64,000 nt of DNA from Bacteroidales bacterium (GCA_003567205.1 PXAA01000123.1:9242-73241); one strand, 5' to 3'. Shown: positions 1 through 11,081, counted from the first letter of the stretch. A program made the numbers and translations. The notes: a model not told the origin generated them from the sequence alone.

Positions 1-2805
1 CATGATCTCCATGGCCCTGTCCAATACGGCAATGGCTGAATCTGGCTTGTTTTCATCAAGCAGGGCAGCCGCCAGCTGCTGGAAAATATTCCGGAAACTT
101 ACCGTAAGCCGGCGATGGTCTTCATCCAAATATACCGAGGGGTCATTCATATTGCCCCATTGGAATTTATTCATCAGGTTATCATAGAGAATCCGGGTGT
201 TGATCCTGCCTAACTCATTGGGGTCACGTGCCGAGCGGATGGGTACCAGACGATAGGCCATACCTTCGAGCTGGAAATATTCTTCCAGCCCCAGGTAAGA
301 TTCGCTCCCTGTGGTGGTGGCAAAGTAAACCGGCCGGTCCCAGTTGTTTTTTGCCAGAAAATCAAGGGCCATCACATGGTTTTTGTTCAGGCCGCGTCCC
401 GGCATTTCCCATTCAACCGCATCTGCAATAAGATGTGCATCTTCGGGAGCCACTGTCCCGTTTTGAACTACTTTGGCAGAATCGACCGGCAGGCTGAATT
501 TATTGGTGGGAAAATAATCCTCCATTCCGCGATCGGTAGGCAAACGTGTGCCCGATGCATCATTTCCGACAAATTCCATGACACGCCTCAGGTTCTGGTG
601 CCCCTCCAGGCGTGTATAGAAATAAACATAATCCCTGGTACCGTCCCGGTATTGATGTCGTTCAAAGCTGAAAGGCACCGGATCAGCATCGTAGGTGGCA
701 CGTCGCAGCATATTGTTGACATACCAGTCGGTGTTGAGCAGGCTCATGTTCACCACCTTGATGTCTGTACGGATGCCCTCCACTTCCTGGGCGTACCAGA
801 GCGGAAAGGTATCGTTGTCTCCATTGGTGAAAATAATGGCATTTGGCGCACAAGACTCCAGGTAGTTGATGGCCACATCCCTTGCGCCATAGCGCCCGGA
901 ACGGTCATGATCGTTCCAGTTTTCCCTGGCCATGTTTACCGGCACCAGTAACAGGGTGATCGCCGTGGCCAGTATGACGGCCATTTTGCCTCGCCTGCCC
1001 TGAATATGGTCTTTTTTGCCATGCAAGTTCCTGAATAAGGTTTCTATCAGGGCCAGCGTACCCAGGCCCACCCAGATGGAAAATGCATAAAACGACCCGA
1101 TGTATGAATAATCGCGTTCCCTGGGCTGAAAAGGTGTCTGATTGAGATAAACGATGATGGCCAGGCCCGTCATAAAGAACAGCAAACCGACCACCAGGGC
1201 ATCATTGGGCCGCTTTTTCAATTGATATAAAAAGCCCAGAACACCCAGGAGGAAAGGCAGCATATAATAACGGTTATAGCCCGGGTTGGATGTCATGCTT
1301 TCGGGCAGGTCGCGCTGCGGGCCCAAACGCAGTCCATCAATAAAAGGTATACCGGTAATCCAATTCCCTTCCACCAGGCTGCCGTGGCCCTGTATATCGT
1401 TCTGCCTGCCACTGAAATTCCACATCAGGTAACGGACATACATATGTCCCACCTGGTAGGAAAAGAAAAAGCGAAGGTTCTCAATAAAAGTCGGTTTATT
1501 GATGATTTCCGTTGTCCCGTCGTGCCGGGCGATCCTTACAGGCCGCCCCCTCACATTGCCCCAGTCTTCATAACCCCTGGCATGTTGGTCGCGCCAGCTA
1601 TACATCCTGGGAAAAATGGTTGTGAACTGCGGGTCATAAACCGGCTCCAGTCCCTTGCGTGGATTGATGATCTCATAGCGGCCGGTTTCACGGTTCTTGC
1701 CCCAGACGGGGTTCCCGTCTTCCATATCAATGACCGGTGCATTGTAATATGGACCGTGAAGCAGGGGCCATGCACCATATTGGTCCCTGCCCAGGTAAGC
1801 TTTCATGGCCAGGGCATCTTTAGGTGCGTTTTCATTGATGGGCACCTGTGCATTGGACCGGATCACCAGCATAAAAAAGGAGGAATACCCGATCACGATA
1901 AAAGTAAATGCCAGCAAAATAGTATTCCATACGACCTTTTTTCGTTTGTGCGTAACATATAAACCATATGCAATGCCAGCGATCAATACCACAAAGAAAA
2001 CAACAGTTCCGCTGTGAAATGGCAAACCGATGGCATTCACAAAAAAGCGTTCGAACTGCCAGTCAAGATTCAGAATACCCGGAATGAGAACAGACTGGAT
2101 AAAATACAAAAGCGCCACGGACACCAGGCCGGTGGCCAGAATGCCTTTTGTGGTGGGCTGGTATTTCTTGAAGTAATACACAAAAACGATGGCCGGGATG
2201 GCGAGCAAATTGAGCAGGTGTACGCCAATTGACAGGCCAATGATATAAAATATGAGTACCAGCCATTTATGAGAATCCGGCTCATGGGCCCGGGCCTCCC
2301 ACTGGAGTATGGCCCAGAATACGAAGGCCGTGAGGAAAGCTGAAGTAACATATACCTCTGCTTCGACAGCGGTAAACCAGAAAGAATCGCTAAAAGCAAG
2401 GGTGAGGGCTCCCACCATGCCACTGCCGAAAATAGCAAAAGCCTGGGCCCTGGTCATTTCGCTGCCGGCAACAATAAGTTTCCGTGCCAGGATATTGATG
2501 GTCCAGAACAGAAACATCACCGCCAGGCCGCCGGCTACCGCCGACATGGAATTGATCCAGAACGCCACACGGGATACCTCACCGAAAGCAAACAAAGAAA
2601 AGAACCTGGCCAGCATCTGGTAAAGTGGTGCCCCCGGGGGGTGGCCGATTTGAAGTTTATAGGAAACGGCAATCCGTTCGCCGGCATCCCAGAAACTCAC
2701 CGTGGGTTCAATGGTGATCAGGTAGATCAGGGCGGCAAAAACGAAGAGTCCCCAACCGATATAATTGTTGATTTTCCGGTACAGAATGTCATCCATGGCT
2801 TTCAT
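1..2805 (-). CDS. DUF2723 (TMEM260-like) multi-TM glycosyltransferase-family membrane protein, runs off the window edge
   Basis: Absent from the ORF track, consistent with no stop inside the window. Hand translation from ATG 2805 gives MKAMDDILYRKINNYIGWGLFVFAALIYLITIEPTVSFWDAGERIAVSYKLQIGHPPGAPLYQMLAR, the SFWDxGE...HPPGAP signature. The same frame is also open at the window start. Confidence 0.85.
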   Translation of the reverse strand, partial: MKAMDDILYRKINNYIGWGLFVFAALIYLITIEPTVSFWDAGERIAVSYKLQIGHPPGAPLYQMLARFFSLFAFGEVSRVAFWINSMSAVAGGLAVMFLFWTINILARKLIVAGSEMTRAQAFAIFGSGMVGALTLAFSDSFWFTAVEAEVYVTSAFLTAFVFWAILQWEARAHEPDSHKWLVLIFYIIGLSIGVHLLNLLAIPAIVFVYYFKKYQPTTKGILATGLVSVALLYFIQSVLIPGILNLDWQFERFFVNAIGLPFHSGTVVFFVVLIAGIAYGLYVTHKRKKVVWNTILLAFTFIVIGYSSFFMLVIRSNAQVPINENAPKDALAMKAYLGRDQYGAWPLLHGPYYNAPVIDMEDGNPVWGKNRETGRYEIINPRKGLEPVYDPQFTTIFPRMYSWRDQHARGYEDWGNVRGRPVRIARHDGTTEIINKPTFIENLRFFFSYQVGHMYVRYLMWNFSGRQNDIQGHGSLVEGNWITGIPFIDGLRLGPQRDLPESMTSNPGYNRYYMLPFLLGVLGFLYQLKKRPNDALVVGLLFFMTGLAIIVYLNQTPFQPRERDYSYIGSFYAFSIWVGLGTLALIETLFRNLHGKKDHIQGRRGKMAVILATAITLLLVPVNMARENWNDHDRSGRYGARDVAINYLESCAPNAIIFTNGDNDTFPLWYAQEVEGIRTDIKVVNMSLLNTDWYVNNMLRRATYDADPVPFSFERHQYRDGTRDYVYFYTRLEGHQNLRRVMEFVGNDASGTRLPTDRGMEDYFPTNKFSLPVDSAKVVQNGTVAPEDAHLIADAVEWEMPGRGLNKNHVMALDFLAKNNWDRPVYFATTTGSESYLGLEEYFQLEGMAYRLVPIRSARDPNELGRINTRILYDNLMNKFQWGNMNDPSVYLDEDHRRLTVSFRNIFQQLAAALLDENKPDSAIAVLDRAMEIM

Positions 2806-2968
2806 GATTTGTTTGGCGCTGAGCCGCCTAAAATGCGTTTTAAAACAACAAGTGGCAGCATGCGAAATTAAGAAAAAAATGCCTTATCCCCGCCCGTTTT
2901 TAACATCTATTGTAATAATGCTCTTGCCGTTCAAATAATTTTTTCTAATTTTGCCGACCCAAGCGGAT

Positions 2969-3042
2969 TGACCGATGGTGTAACGGTAGCACTACAGTTT
3001 TTGGAGCTGTCTGTCCAGGTTCGAATCCTGGTCGGTCAACCA
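2969..3042 (+). tRNA. tRNA-Gln(TTG)
   Basis: Acceptor stem TGACCGA/TCGGTCA, anticodon arm ACAGT-TTTTGGA-GCTGT, T arm CCAGG-TTCGAAT-CCTGG, encoded CCA. TAATTTTG -7 box at about 2946. Confidence 0.96.
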
Positions 3043-3052
3043 TAATATAATT

Positions 3053-3087
3053 CAAGCCCCTGTATATAAAAACGTTACAGGGGCTTG
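3053..3087 (+). terminator. 12-bp perfect inverted repeat after tRNA-Gln (terminator-like)
   Basis: CAAGCCCCTGTA-N11-TACAGGGGCTTG. Confidence 0.6.
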
Positions 3088-3088
3088 T

Positions 3089-3235
3089 TGATATTGCAAC
3101 AAAAATCCGGACAATTTTGTTAAGCCACTAATTTTTGATTTAAATTATTTGTTTCAAAGTCCTTCATAGACTTTTTGATTGTTGTATGTATTCGGTTTTG
3201 GTTATACCATGATTCGATAAATTCAAACACAGATA
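3089..3235 (-). mobile_element. IS3-family remnant: transposase C-terminus plus right terminal inverted repeat
   Basis: Minus strand encodes SVFEFIESWYNQNRIHTTIKKSMKDFETNNLNQKLVA*, resembling the IS3 OrfB tail (FEYIExWYNxxRxH). It is followed by TGTCCGGATTTTTGTTGCAATATCA, ending in CA as IS3 ends do. Confidence 0.75.
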
Positions 3236-3246
3236 TGGGGATAAAC

Positions 3247-5124
3247 CTACTCCCCCCTGACACACCGCACACTGTATCCATGCGATTTATGATATTGGTA
3301 GCCGGCAACAAATTCCAGGTAGTTATGGATGCTGCGGCGCCGGGCCATTGTTCCCGATACTTCTGTGGAAGTCCACCAAAAGGCGCCAATGCCAAGGTCG
3401 GTAAAATAACCACCGCTGTGTTTGCGGCCTCCGGGGAACGCAGCAAATCCAAATTCATCGGTTCCATAGAAATAATCGTGGGAATCCCACCGGGGATGTG
3501 TGGTGGTGTTACAGTCGCCACCCAGAGGTGAATGTATCTGGCGACAGGATTTCAGGGTAGCCGCCGCGGTAAATAAAGTGAGTTCCGGATAGCCCCAGGC
3601 CAGGTAGTGGGGAAGTTGTCCCCAGTCGTTGTTGTCGGGCAACCGCCATCCGGGCGGACAGGCCTGCATGGCAGCCGGCCAGTTATACAACACCCCATAA
3701 GCCTCAAAAAACTCCGTGGCCTTTGCTGCATCTACATTTTCGCCAAAATAACCGTACACATAATAGCGGGGCAACACAACCGACTCATCAATGGGCTTAT
3801 GCACCTCCGGAAGATAAGACATGTTTTCTTTCAACCAGCATTGATCACCAATCTGAACGGTATTGTAAGTGGTTCCATCGCGCGGGTCGGTAAAAGTTTC
3901 CATGTCGGGGCACGGGCGGCCGGTATCCCTTTCTGTATGCAATACAAGGGTGTCACCATATGCCGTCCCATGTACATTCCTTGCGTAGGCCCGGACGATG
4001 GCAGGCGACTGGGGCATCAGGCCAAACAATTGACTGAAAAAGGGGCCCGGGCCACCGCCATCCTGTGAATGCAGATCAAACATCAGCAGGGGTATGGTAT
4101 CCTGGTTCCACACAAGGCCCCGGGCAAACACAGGCGCAGTACCTTCATATATTACTTCTCCCCCGCCAAAGGCGATGGAAGCATACACATCAGTAATTTC
4201 GCCTGTTGTCACAATGGGATATAAATAGTGAATCTGTGCGTTTAATTGCTGATCCGAGTCAGATATATATATATCCTTATTCTGGTTTTGGTAATCAGAA
4301 GCTTTAAACCGGATGGTCATATTGCCCCTGGGGACAGCGCCAAGTTCATATTGGCCATCCGGGCTGGTGCTTGTCTTTAATTTACTTTCCGTACCGTCAG
4401 GGTTCATCAATAAAACGGTGGCATTTCCCGCAGGCTCCCCGGAGGGGACAGATTCCACATACCCGTAAACCTTATGCGTGTATTGATTAGAGCTCATATC
4501 CACATTGTATTCATTGATCCCGTATTGAATAAAGATATTTGACAGAAAAGTGAGGTAGCCCTCCTTGGTGGCCCGTATCGCCCTTACACCAGTGTGAATA
4601 TCCTCAAAAATGTAATAACCATCGCTGCCGGTAACCGTAGACTTGTCACCGATCTCTATTTTCACGCCTTCGATGGGGATTTTCGTCTTGGCATAATAGG
4701 CAAAGCCTTCAACCCTGACTGTTTCCGGGTGTAAAAGCGTGGTAAAAGACATTTTCTCCCCATAGGCAGTACCTGCAATGTTGGTACCATATGCCCTGTA
4801 GTAATACTTTGTTTCCGGATCCAGGTTTGTAATATAGCTGGCAAAGACCCCTGCCCCTTCTCCCTCCTGGGTCATCCCGGTGTGCTGATCAAGTGTGGGG
4901 TTTGTATCTGTGGCCCATACCACCCCCCTTTGGGTGACCTTGCTCCCGCCATCGAAAACGACATTGCCCCCGCTTTTTGCACCATCATGACCAATTTCGC
5001 TTACTTCAATAGTCTCCATATTTGGCAATTTGGCTTCCTCATTATCCTTTTCGCAAGCCCAAAAAAGCAGTAAAAAGACACAAAATGTGGTCATTAAAGC
5101 AAAAAAAGGGTAAAACCTGATCAT
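3247..5124 (-). CDS. FISUMP (Fib_succ_major) domain lipoprotein with FN3-like and carboxypeptidase-regulatory-like domains
   Basis: Lipobox FWAC; two GGxV..GxxW..RAYxxNxxGTAYG modules; FTDPRDGTTYNTVQIGDQCWLKEN, YGVLYNW, ACPPGWRLP and terminal GYSVRCVR. Confidence 0.85.
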   Translation of the reverse strand: MIRFYPFFALMTTFCVFLLLFWACEKDNEEAKLPNMETIEVSEIGHDGAKSGGNVVFDGGSKVTQRGVVWATDTNPTLDQHTGMTQEGEGAGVFASYITNLDPETKYYYRAYGTNIAGTAYGEKMSFTTLLHPETVRVEGFAYYAKTKIPIEGVKIEIGDKSTVTGSDGYYIFEDIHTGVRAIRATKEGYLTFLSNIFIQYGINEYNVDMSSNQYTHKVYGYVESVPSGEPAGNATVLLMNPDGTESKLKTSTSPDGQYELGAVPRGNMTIRFKASDYQNQNKDIYISDSDQQLNAQIHYLYPIVTTGEITDVYASIAFGGGEVIYEGTAPVFARGLVWNQDTIPLLMFDLHSQDGGGPGPFFSQLFGLMPQSPAIVRAYARNVHGTAYGDTLVLHTERDTGRPCPDMETFTDPRDGTTYNTVQIGDQCWLKENMSYLPEVHKPIDESVVLPRYYVYGYFGENVDAAKATEFFEAYGVLYNWPAAMQACPPGWRLPDNNDWGQLPHYLAWGYPELTLFTAAATLKSCRQIHSPLGGDCNTTTHPRWDSHDYFYGTDEFGFAAFPGGRKHSGGYFTDLGIGAFWWTSTEVSGTMARRRSIHNYLEFVAGYQYHKSHGYSVRCVRGE

Positions 5125-5362
5125 AATTATCCGATTCAAATAAATAGTAAATAGTAAACAAAAATACATCTAGCATTATTCATGCCAAACATAACAAAAA
5201 ATAATTAGTCAAGAATTTGTAGAATCATGTGTACGATAAAATGTTTTCATTATTGTTCGTTAACGTACAACTTATTTGCGCTAATGGACGTCTGGGACAG
5301 TTGTACAGGCTCCCAGAGGCGATTCCGGAAAAAACAGTACTTTTACTGCACAAAAACAACGG

Positions 5363-8192
5363 ATGCCGTTATTTCCGAATAAATATCAACCCTCTTCTGC
5401 ATATTTTGCGCCTGTTGCTGCCCTGATGATCTTGTTCGCCCTATCCTGTCAGAGCAGCCGCCACCTTGATCCCGGACAAACAAATAAGGGGGTTTCACAC
5501 AACCGGACAATTTTAGATGCAGAACAACCCGTTGCCGTGCCGGCTTACCCCCACCCCATTGAATTTGTCCAGCCCGACAGAAGCACCATCATCATACAAT
5601 TAAAGGGCGATGAAAGGGTTAACTGGGCCGAAACACCCGATGGCTATACCATCCTGGTGACCAGTGAAGGATTTTATGAATACGCCATACATAACGATGC
5701 GGGCGAACTCGTGTTTTCCGGACACAGGGTATCAGACATCGAAGCCAGAAGCGCAGACGAAAAAAGCTTTTTGCAGGACATTCCCAACTCTGATCGCCAT
5801 TCTGATGCAAACACCCGATAAGCCCTTTGTTAAAACACAGGAGGAATTCGATGCATTGTTTAATCAGCTCAATTATGCGGTAGAAGGTGCCAGTGGGAGC
5901 GTAAAAGACTATTACCTGGAAAACTCCTACGGCCAGTTTACCCTTACGACAGATGTGGTGGGGCCCTATACAGCCCAACATAATATGGCACATTGCGGAT
6001 CATCCTGGCAGGGGGCCAGGCAACTGGCAACCGAGGCCGTCCACCTGGCTGATCCGGATGTAGACTATTCAGCGTATGATAATAGCGGCAACGGATGGGT
6101 AGATGGCGTGTACATGATCTTTGCCGGCTATGGCGAAGAAGCAGGAGGCGGGCCAAACACCATTTGGTCGCATGCATGGAGCATTGAACCGGTTCAACTG
6201 GATGGTGTATGGATCAGTCGCTATGCATGCTCTCCGGAGCTGCGTGGCAATTCAAACAGTAACATGACACGCATCGGGGTAATTGGCCATGAGTTTGGTC
6301 ATATCCTTGGCGCACCCGATTATTACGATACCGACGGAGACAATTCGGGAGGGCAATTTACGGGCACCGGCCGGTGGGATATGATGGCCGGGGGGACCTG
6401 GAACAATGGCGGCGCCACACCCGCCCACCATAACCCCTATACGAAAACCTATCTGTACCATTGGGCAAGCCCCACAACACTCAATCAGGACACCACGGTA
6501 ACACTTTTCAAAGCCTTCAATCACAGCGATAGCTTTTACCGCATCAACACCAACACTCCCGGTGAGTATTACCTTTTGGAAAATCGTCATCAGGTAGGCT
6601 TCGATGCCTATATACCCGGCGAAGGCCTGATCATCTACCATGTGCATAAAGAAGTGGCTGCCTCGGGGAATTCCATCAATGTCGGGCACCCCCAAAAAAT
6701 GTACCCGGTTTCTGCCGGGGCCACTACCAATCCTTCGGGCGCTCCCTGGACTTATGGGAACATCAGTTCCGCGGAAACTCCATTTCCGGGCAGCACCAAT
6801 CAAACATCCTTTACCGACAGCACCATACCAAACGCATTATCATGGGCCGGCGAAAACACCAATAAACCACTGACCAATATTACAAGAAATGCCAGCGACA
6901 AGACCGTCACCCTCGATTTTATGGCAAATGTGGGTGTTGTGGCCGACTGGATGCACCTGGATGACGGAAATCAGCATGGCCTGGTTGGCCTGGGAGGTGG
7001 CGGTGTATACCAGATTGCTCAGCGGTTCGAACCTGAAGACATGGTGGCTTACCAGGGATTTCAGGTTAGCAATATCCGGGTTTTTACCGGCAATATGCCC
7101 ACCAGCGCTGCCATCAAAATATGGCAGGGAGAAAGCCAGGAAAGCCTGGTGGAGGTTCTGCATCAATCGTTTACGGCCGCAGAGGAAAGCTGGGTAACGG
7201 TGGCACTGAACGAACCCCTTGAAATCGATCCGGCACTGGAACTATGGTTCGGGGCCGAATATGATGATCCGGGAGCTGGTGTGTTCACTGCTTCGCGTGA
7301 TATTGTCACCGACCACAATGGCAAAGGCAATCTGATCAGAATGGACATCACAGATCATGCCGCATGGGTACCGCTATCTGATTATAATATCGTCGGCGAC
7401 TGGAATATTCAGGCACGGGTGGTCCCATCCGGTCTGAATGTTATTTTTTTCAGTGTAACCGATGGTCAGGGCGGACTGGCAGCCGAACTGAATGGAGCAG
7501 AGATATACTCCGGCGATGGGATACCGGATGAACAAGACCTGTTGTTTACCGCAAGTCCGGATAGTGGTTTTGGGATTAAAGAATGGACGGTGAACGGAGA
7601 GGTAGTCGATGGCCACCAGGCCTCAAACCTGGAGCTGTCCGATATTTCCGGCCATATTTATGTGGAAGTTGCGTTTTATGAAATATTTCACCTTGTTGAC
7701 TTCTATGTGGAAGGCAACAATGGAACGCTGACCGCAAGTGTAGACAACAACGGGATTAACTCTGGTGATGAAATCCAGGCGGGCCGGGATATTTTATTCA
7801 CAGCAAACCCCGATGCCGGTTTTCGTGTCAAAGAGTGGACCCTCAATGGAGCAGTGGTAGACGGTGCGACAGATTTAAACTATGAGATCATTCATATTGA
7901 TAAGGACCTGACCGTTACAGTGGCTTTTGCAGAAGCCGTATCTGCAGAATACCCGGAAACCCCGAAATTATTGGTATATCCCAATCCGGCCCGCAGTTTA
8001 CTGGCCATTGAATCAAACGAAATAATCACCAGGATCCGGCTGATTGACATCAGTGGACAAATATTAAAAGATATTGCCGTTGATGCCGTGCGTGCAGACC
8101 TGAATGTACACAATTTCAATAACGGGGTTTATCTGCTGCAGGTCCGGACCATGGAAGGCGTTTTAAACGAACGGATACAGATTGTAAAATAA
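5363..8192 (+). pseudogene. M6 (immune inhibitor A) metalloprotease with T9SS C-terminal domain, frameshifted near 5790
   Basis: One frame encodes the signal and prodomain (AVPAYPHP...QPD...LKGDE...DGYTI). The next frame encodes the catalytic domain (HEFGHILGAPDYYD) and CTD (VYPNPA...GVYLLQV...IVK). Confidence 0.75.
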
Positions 8193-8279
8193 TCCCAGCG
8201 AGGGTTTATGATTGATAATAATTCGTAATTTTGACAATGAATCCCTTAACCCAAACACATAAAAAAAACACACAAACAA

Positions 8280-10406
8280 ATGAAAAAGTATTGGTTTTTA
8301 ATGATCCTACCTGCGTTCTTTTTGGCGTCATGTGCGCCGGCTGAGAGGGAAAATCCCTTTTTCAGCGATTATGACACCCCATTTGGCGTTCCACCCTTTG
8401 ATAAGATTGAGAATGCCCATTTTGAACCGGCCATATTGGAAAGCATCCTTCAACAGGAAGCTGAAATACAGGCCATTATTGACAACACGGCTCCTCCCAC
8501 TTTCGAAAACACCATCGAAGCCCTGGAATACTCCGGCGAGATACTGGGCAATGTCCTGCGCGTTTTTTACAACTTTAACTCTTCGCTGACCAGCCCGGAA
8601 ATACAGCAAATCGCCCAGGAGATGTCGCCCAAGTTGTCGAACCACTCCGACAATATCCGCCTGAACCTTGACTTATATGAAAGGGTCAAGGCGGTTTACG
8701 AACAAAAGGATGACCTGGGCCTGAATGAAGAACAGATGCGTCTGCTCACAGAAACACACAAAGGCTTTGTACGCAGCGGGGCCGACCTGCCAGCTGACAA
8801 ACAGGAGCGCCTGCGTGAGATAAATTCGGAACTTTCTTCATTAACGCTTCAGTTCGGCCAAAATGTGCTTGGGGAAACCAATGCATTTACCATGGTCGTT
8901 GACAATGAAGAAGACCTGGCAGGTTTGCCTGATTCTGCCATCGAAGGCGCCGCTGAACTGGCCGCTGCCGAAGGCCTGGAAGGCAAGTGGGTATTTACCC
9001 TCCACAACCCCAGTGTGATGCCATTTCTATACAATGCCGACAACCGGGAACTTCGCAAGAAAATGCAACAAGCCCACATCAACCGAGGCAACAACGACAA
9101 CGAATTCAATAACAGGGAAATCCTTGCCAAAATATCTAACCTGCGCCTTGAAAGGGCCAACATGATGGGGTACAATAATCATGCTGCGTTCAGCCTGGAA
9201 GAAACCATGGCCGGCAATATTGAGACCGTTATGAATTTTGTTGATGAAGTTTGGGACCCCGCTATTGCATTGGCCAAAGAGGAAGCCCGCTTATTGCAGG
9301 ATATGATTGATGCCGACGGGTACGACTTCAGCCTGGAACAATGGGACTGGAGATATTATGCCGAGCGGGTGCGCCGTGAACAGTATGACCTGGATGAGCA
9401 GGAAGTACGCCAGTATTTTGAACTGAACACCGTGCGTGACGGAATCTTTATGATTGTGGACAAGCTCTGGGGCCTGCAGTTTGTTGAACGCCCTGATGTA
9501 CCCAAATACCACAAAGACGTTCAGGTATTCGAGGTGCTTGAAGCCGATGGCTCCCATGTGGGCATCCTTTATATGGACTTCCACCCCAGAGACAGCAAGC
9601 GCGGAGGCGCCTGGATGAGCAGTTACCGCAGCCAGCGGGTCGACCGGGACGGCCGGTTTATCCATCCGGTGATCACCATCGTATGCAACTTCTCACCACC
9701 CACTTCTACCAGGCCTGCATTGCTCACTTACGATGAAATGACCACGTTTTTCCATGAGTTCGGACATGCCCTGCACGGCCTGCTTTCCGACTTACATTAT
9801 CCAAGCCTGGCAGGCACATATGTTGTGAGAGACTTTGTAGAACTGCCTTCACAGATCATGGAAAACTGGGCAAATGAACCCGAAGTGATGAAAACCTTTG
9901 CCCTGCATTACGAAACAGGCGAACCCATGCCTGAATCGCTGATGAACCGTATTGTAGAAAGCGCACATTTCAACCAGGGTTTTGCCACCGTGGAGTTTTT
10001 GATGTCCACCTACCTCGACATGGAATACCACACCATTACGGAACTCTTTGACGAAGGCATCCTGGATGAGGCTTCAAAGATCGTCGAGGAGCAAACCATA
10101 GAAAAATATGGCATGATCCCGGAAATTCATTACCGCTGGGCCAGCACGAATTTTAACCATATATTCTCAGGTGGGTATGCGGCAGGTTATTACAGCTACC
10201 TGTGGTCAGGGCTTCTTGATGCGGATGCCTATGAAGCCTTCCGCGAAACCGGCGATGTATATGATCAGGAAACCGCACGCTCCTTCCGCGAAAATATACT
10301 TGAAAGAGGCAATATTAAAGATGCTATGGAAATGTATGTGGATTTTCGCGGCCGTGAACCGGCTATTGAGCCACTGTTGCGCCAGCGCGGATTGCTGCGT
10401 GATTAA
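8280..10406 (+). CDS. dcp: M3A peptidase (peptidyl-dipeptidase Dcp-like) lipoprotein
   Basis: Lipobox LASC; KRGGAWM, FHEFGHALH, RDFVELPSQIMENW, HIFSGGYAAGYYSYLW. Confidence 0.9.
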   Translation: MKKYWFLMILPAFFLASCAPAERENPFFSDYDTPFGVPPFDKIENAHFEPAILESILQQEAEIQAIIDNTAPPTFENTIEALEYSGEILGNVLRVFYNFNSSLTSPEIQQIAQEMSPKLSNHSDNIRLNLDLYERVKAVYEQKDDLGLNEEQMRLLTETHKGFVRSGADLPADKQERLREINSELSSLTLQFGQNVLGETNAFTMVVDNEEDLAGLPDSAIEGAAELAAAEGLEGKWVFTLHNPSVMPFLYNADNRELRKKMQQAHINRGNNDNEFNNREILAKISNLRLERANMMGYNNHAAFSLEETMAGNIETVMNFVDEVWDPAIALAKEEARLLQDMIDADGYDFSLEQWDWRYYAERVRREQYDLDEQEVRQYFELNTVRDGIFMIVDKLWGLQFVERPDVPKYHKDVQVFEVLEADGSHVGILYMDFHPRDSKRGGAWMSSYRSQRVDRDGRFIHPVITIVCNFSPPTSTRPALLTYDEMTTFFHEFGHALHGLLSDLHYPSLAGTYVVRDFVELPSQIMENWANEPEVMKTFALHYETGEPMPESLMNRIVESAHFNQGFATVEFLMSTYLDMEYHTITELFDEGILDEASKIVEEQTIEKYGMIPEIHYRWASTNFNHIFSGGYAAGYYSYLWSGLLDADAYEAFRETGDVYDQETARSFRENILERGNIKDAMEMYVDFRGREPAIEPLLRQRGLLRD

Positions 10407-10432
10407 GAAAAACAGAAACAGAAAAACTCCGT

Positions 10433-10471
10433 AACAGAGGGGTCTGGCGCGTAAAGTCAGACCCCTTTGTT
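10433..10471. terminator. Bidirectional intrinsic terminator between convergent dcp and ribE
   Basis: AACAGAGGGGTCTGGC...GTCAGACCCCTTTGTT stem. Confidence 0.75.
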
Positions 10472-10472
10472 G

Positions 10473-11081
10473 TTACTTTTTCGCATTGAAATGCAGCTCC
10501 AGCAACCTTGCAACATATTTCCCGATCACATCAAACTCCAGGTTCACCACCGAGCCTGGTTTGAAATTACGGAAGTTGGTCACCTCGTAAGTATACGGGA
10601 TAATGGCCACCGAGAACATATTGGGCTCTGAGTCAACAACGGTGAGGCTGACGCCGTTCACCGAAATCGAACCCTTTTCAACGGTAATGTTTTTTGGGCC
10701 CGGATCGTATTCGAAAAAAAACTTCCAGCTGCCTTCAAGCTCTTCCACCCTGGTGCAAACGGCTGTCTGGTCTACATGACCCTGGACAATATGCCCGTCG
10801 AGGCGGTCATCGGCGCGCATGCAGCGCTCCAGGTTGACCTCATATCCCACCTCCCATGTGCGCATATTGGTTTTGTCGAGGGTTTCCTGTATAGCCGTTA
10901 GGATGTATTGATTTTTTTCCTTATCGACATGAACCGTGGTCAGGCAGACCCCGTCGTGTGAAACACTCTGATCAATTTTCAATTCTTTGGCAATAGGTGT
11001 TTCAATGGTGAAATGTATATTGCCGCGGTCTTTTTCAATCTTTACAACCTTGCCGGTTGTTTCTACGATTCCGGTAAACAT
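10473..11081 (-). CDS. ribE: Riboflavin synthase (alpha chain)
   Basis: MFTGIVE start, GVCLT, VNLER, GHIVQGHVD, KGSISVNGVSLTV. TACATTTG -7 box at 11114-11121 on the minus strand. Confidence 0.96.
   Translation of the reverse strand: MFTGIVETTGKVVKIEKDRGNIHFTIETPIAKELKIDQSVSHDGVCLTTVHVDKEKNQYILTAIQETLDKTNMRTWEVGYEVNLERCMRADDRLDGHIVQGHVDQTAVCTRVEELEGSWKFFFEYDPGPKNITVEKGSISVNGVSLTVVDSEPNMFSVAIIPYTYEVTNFRNFKPGSVVNLEFDVIGKYVARLLELHFNAKK

Noticed and set aside
3247..3420. DGR variable repeat in the FISUMP C-terminus
   Set aside because: No reverse transcriptase gene or template repeat seen in the window.
3120..3521. 133-aa minus-strand ORF as a real gene
   Set aside because: It is an off-frame read of the FISUMP 3' end joined to the IS3 transposase tail.
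5759..5766. Programmed -1 frameshift at GAAAAAAG in the M6 gene
   Set aside because: The motif is not in X_XXY_YYZ phase with the upstream ORF, and the downstream ORF is in the +1 frame.
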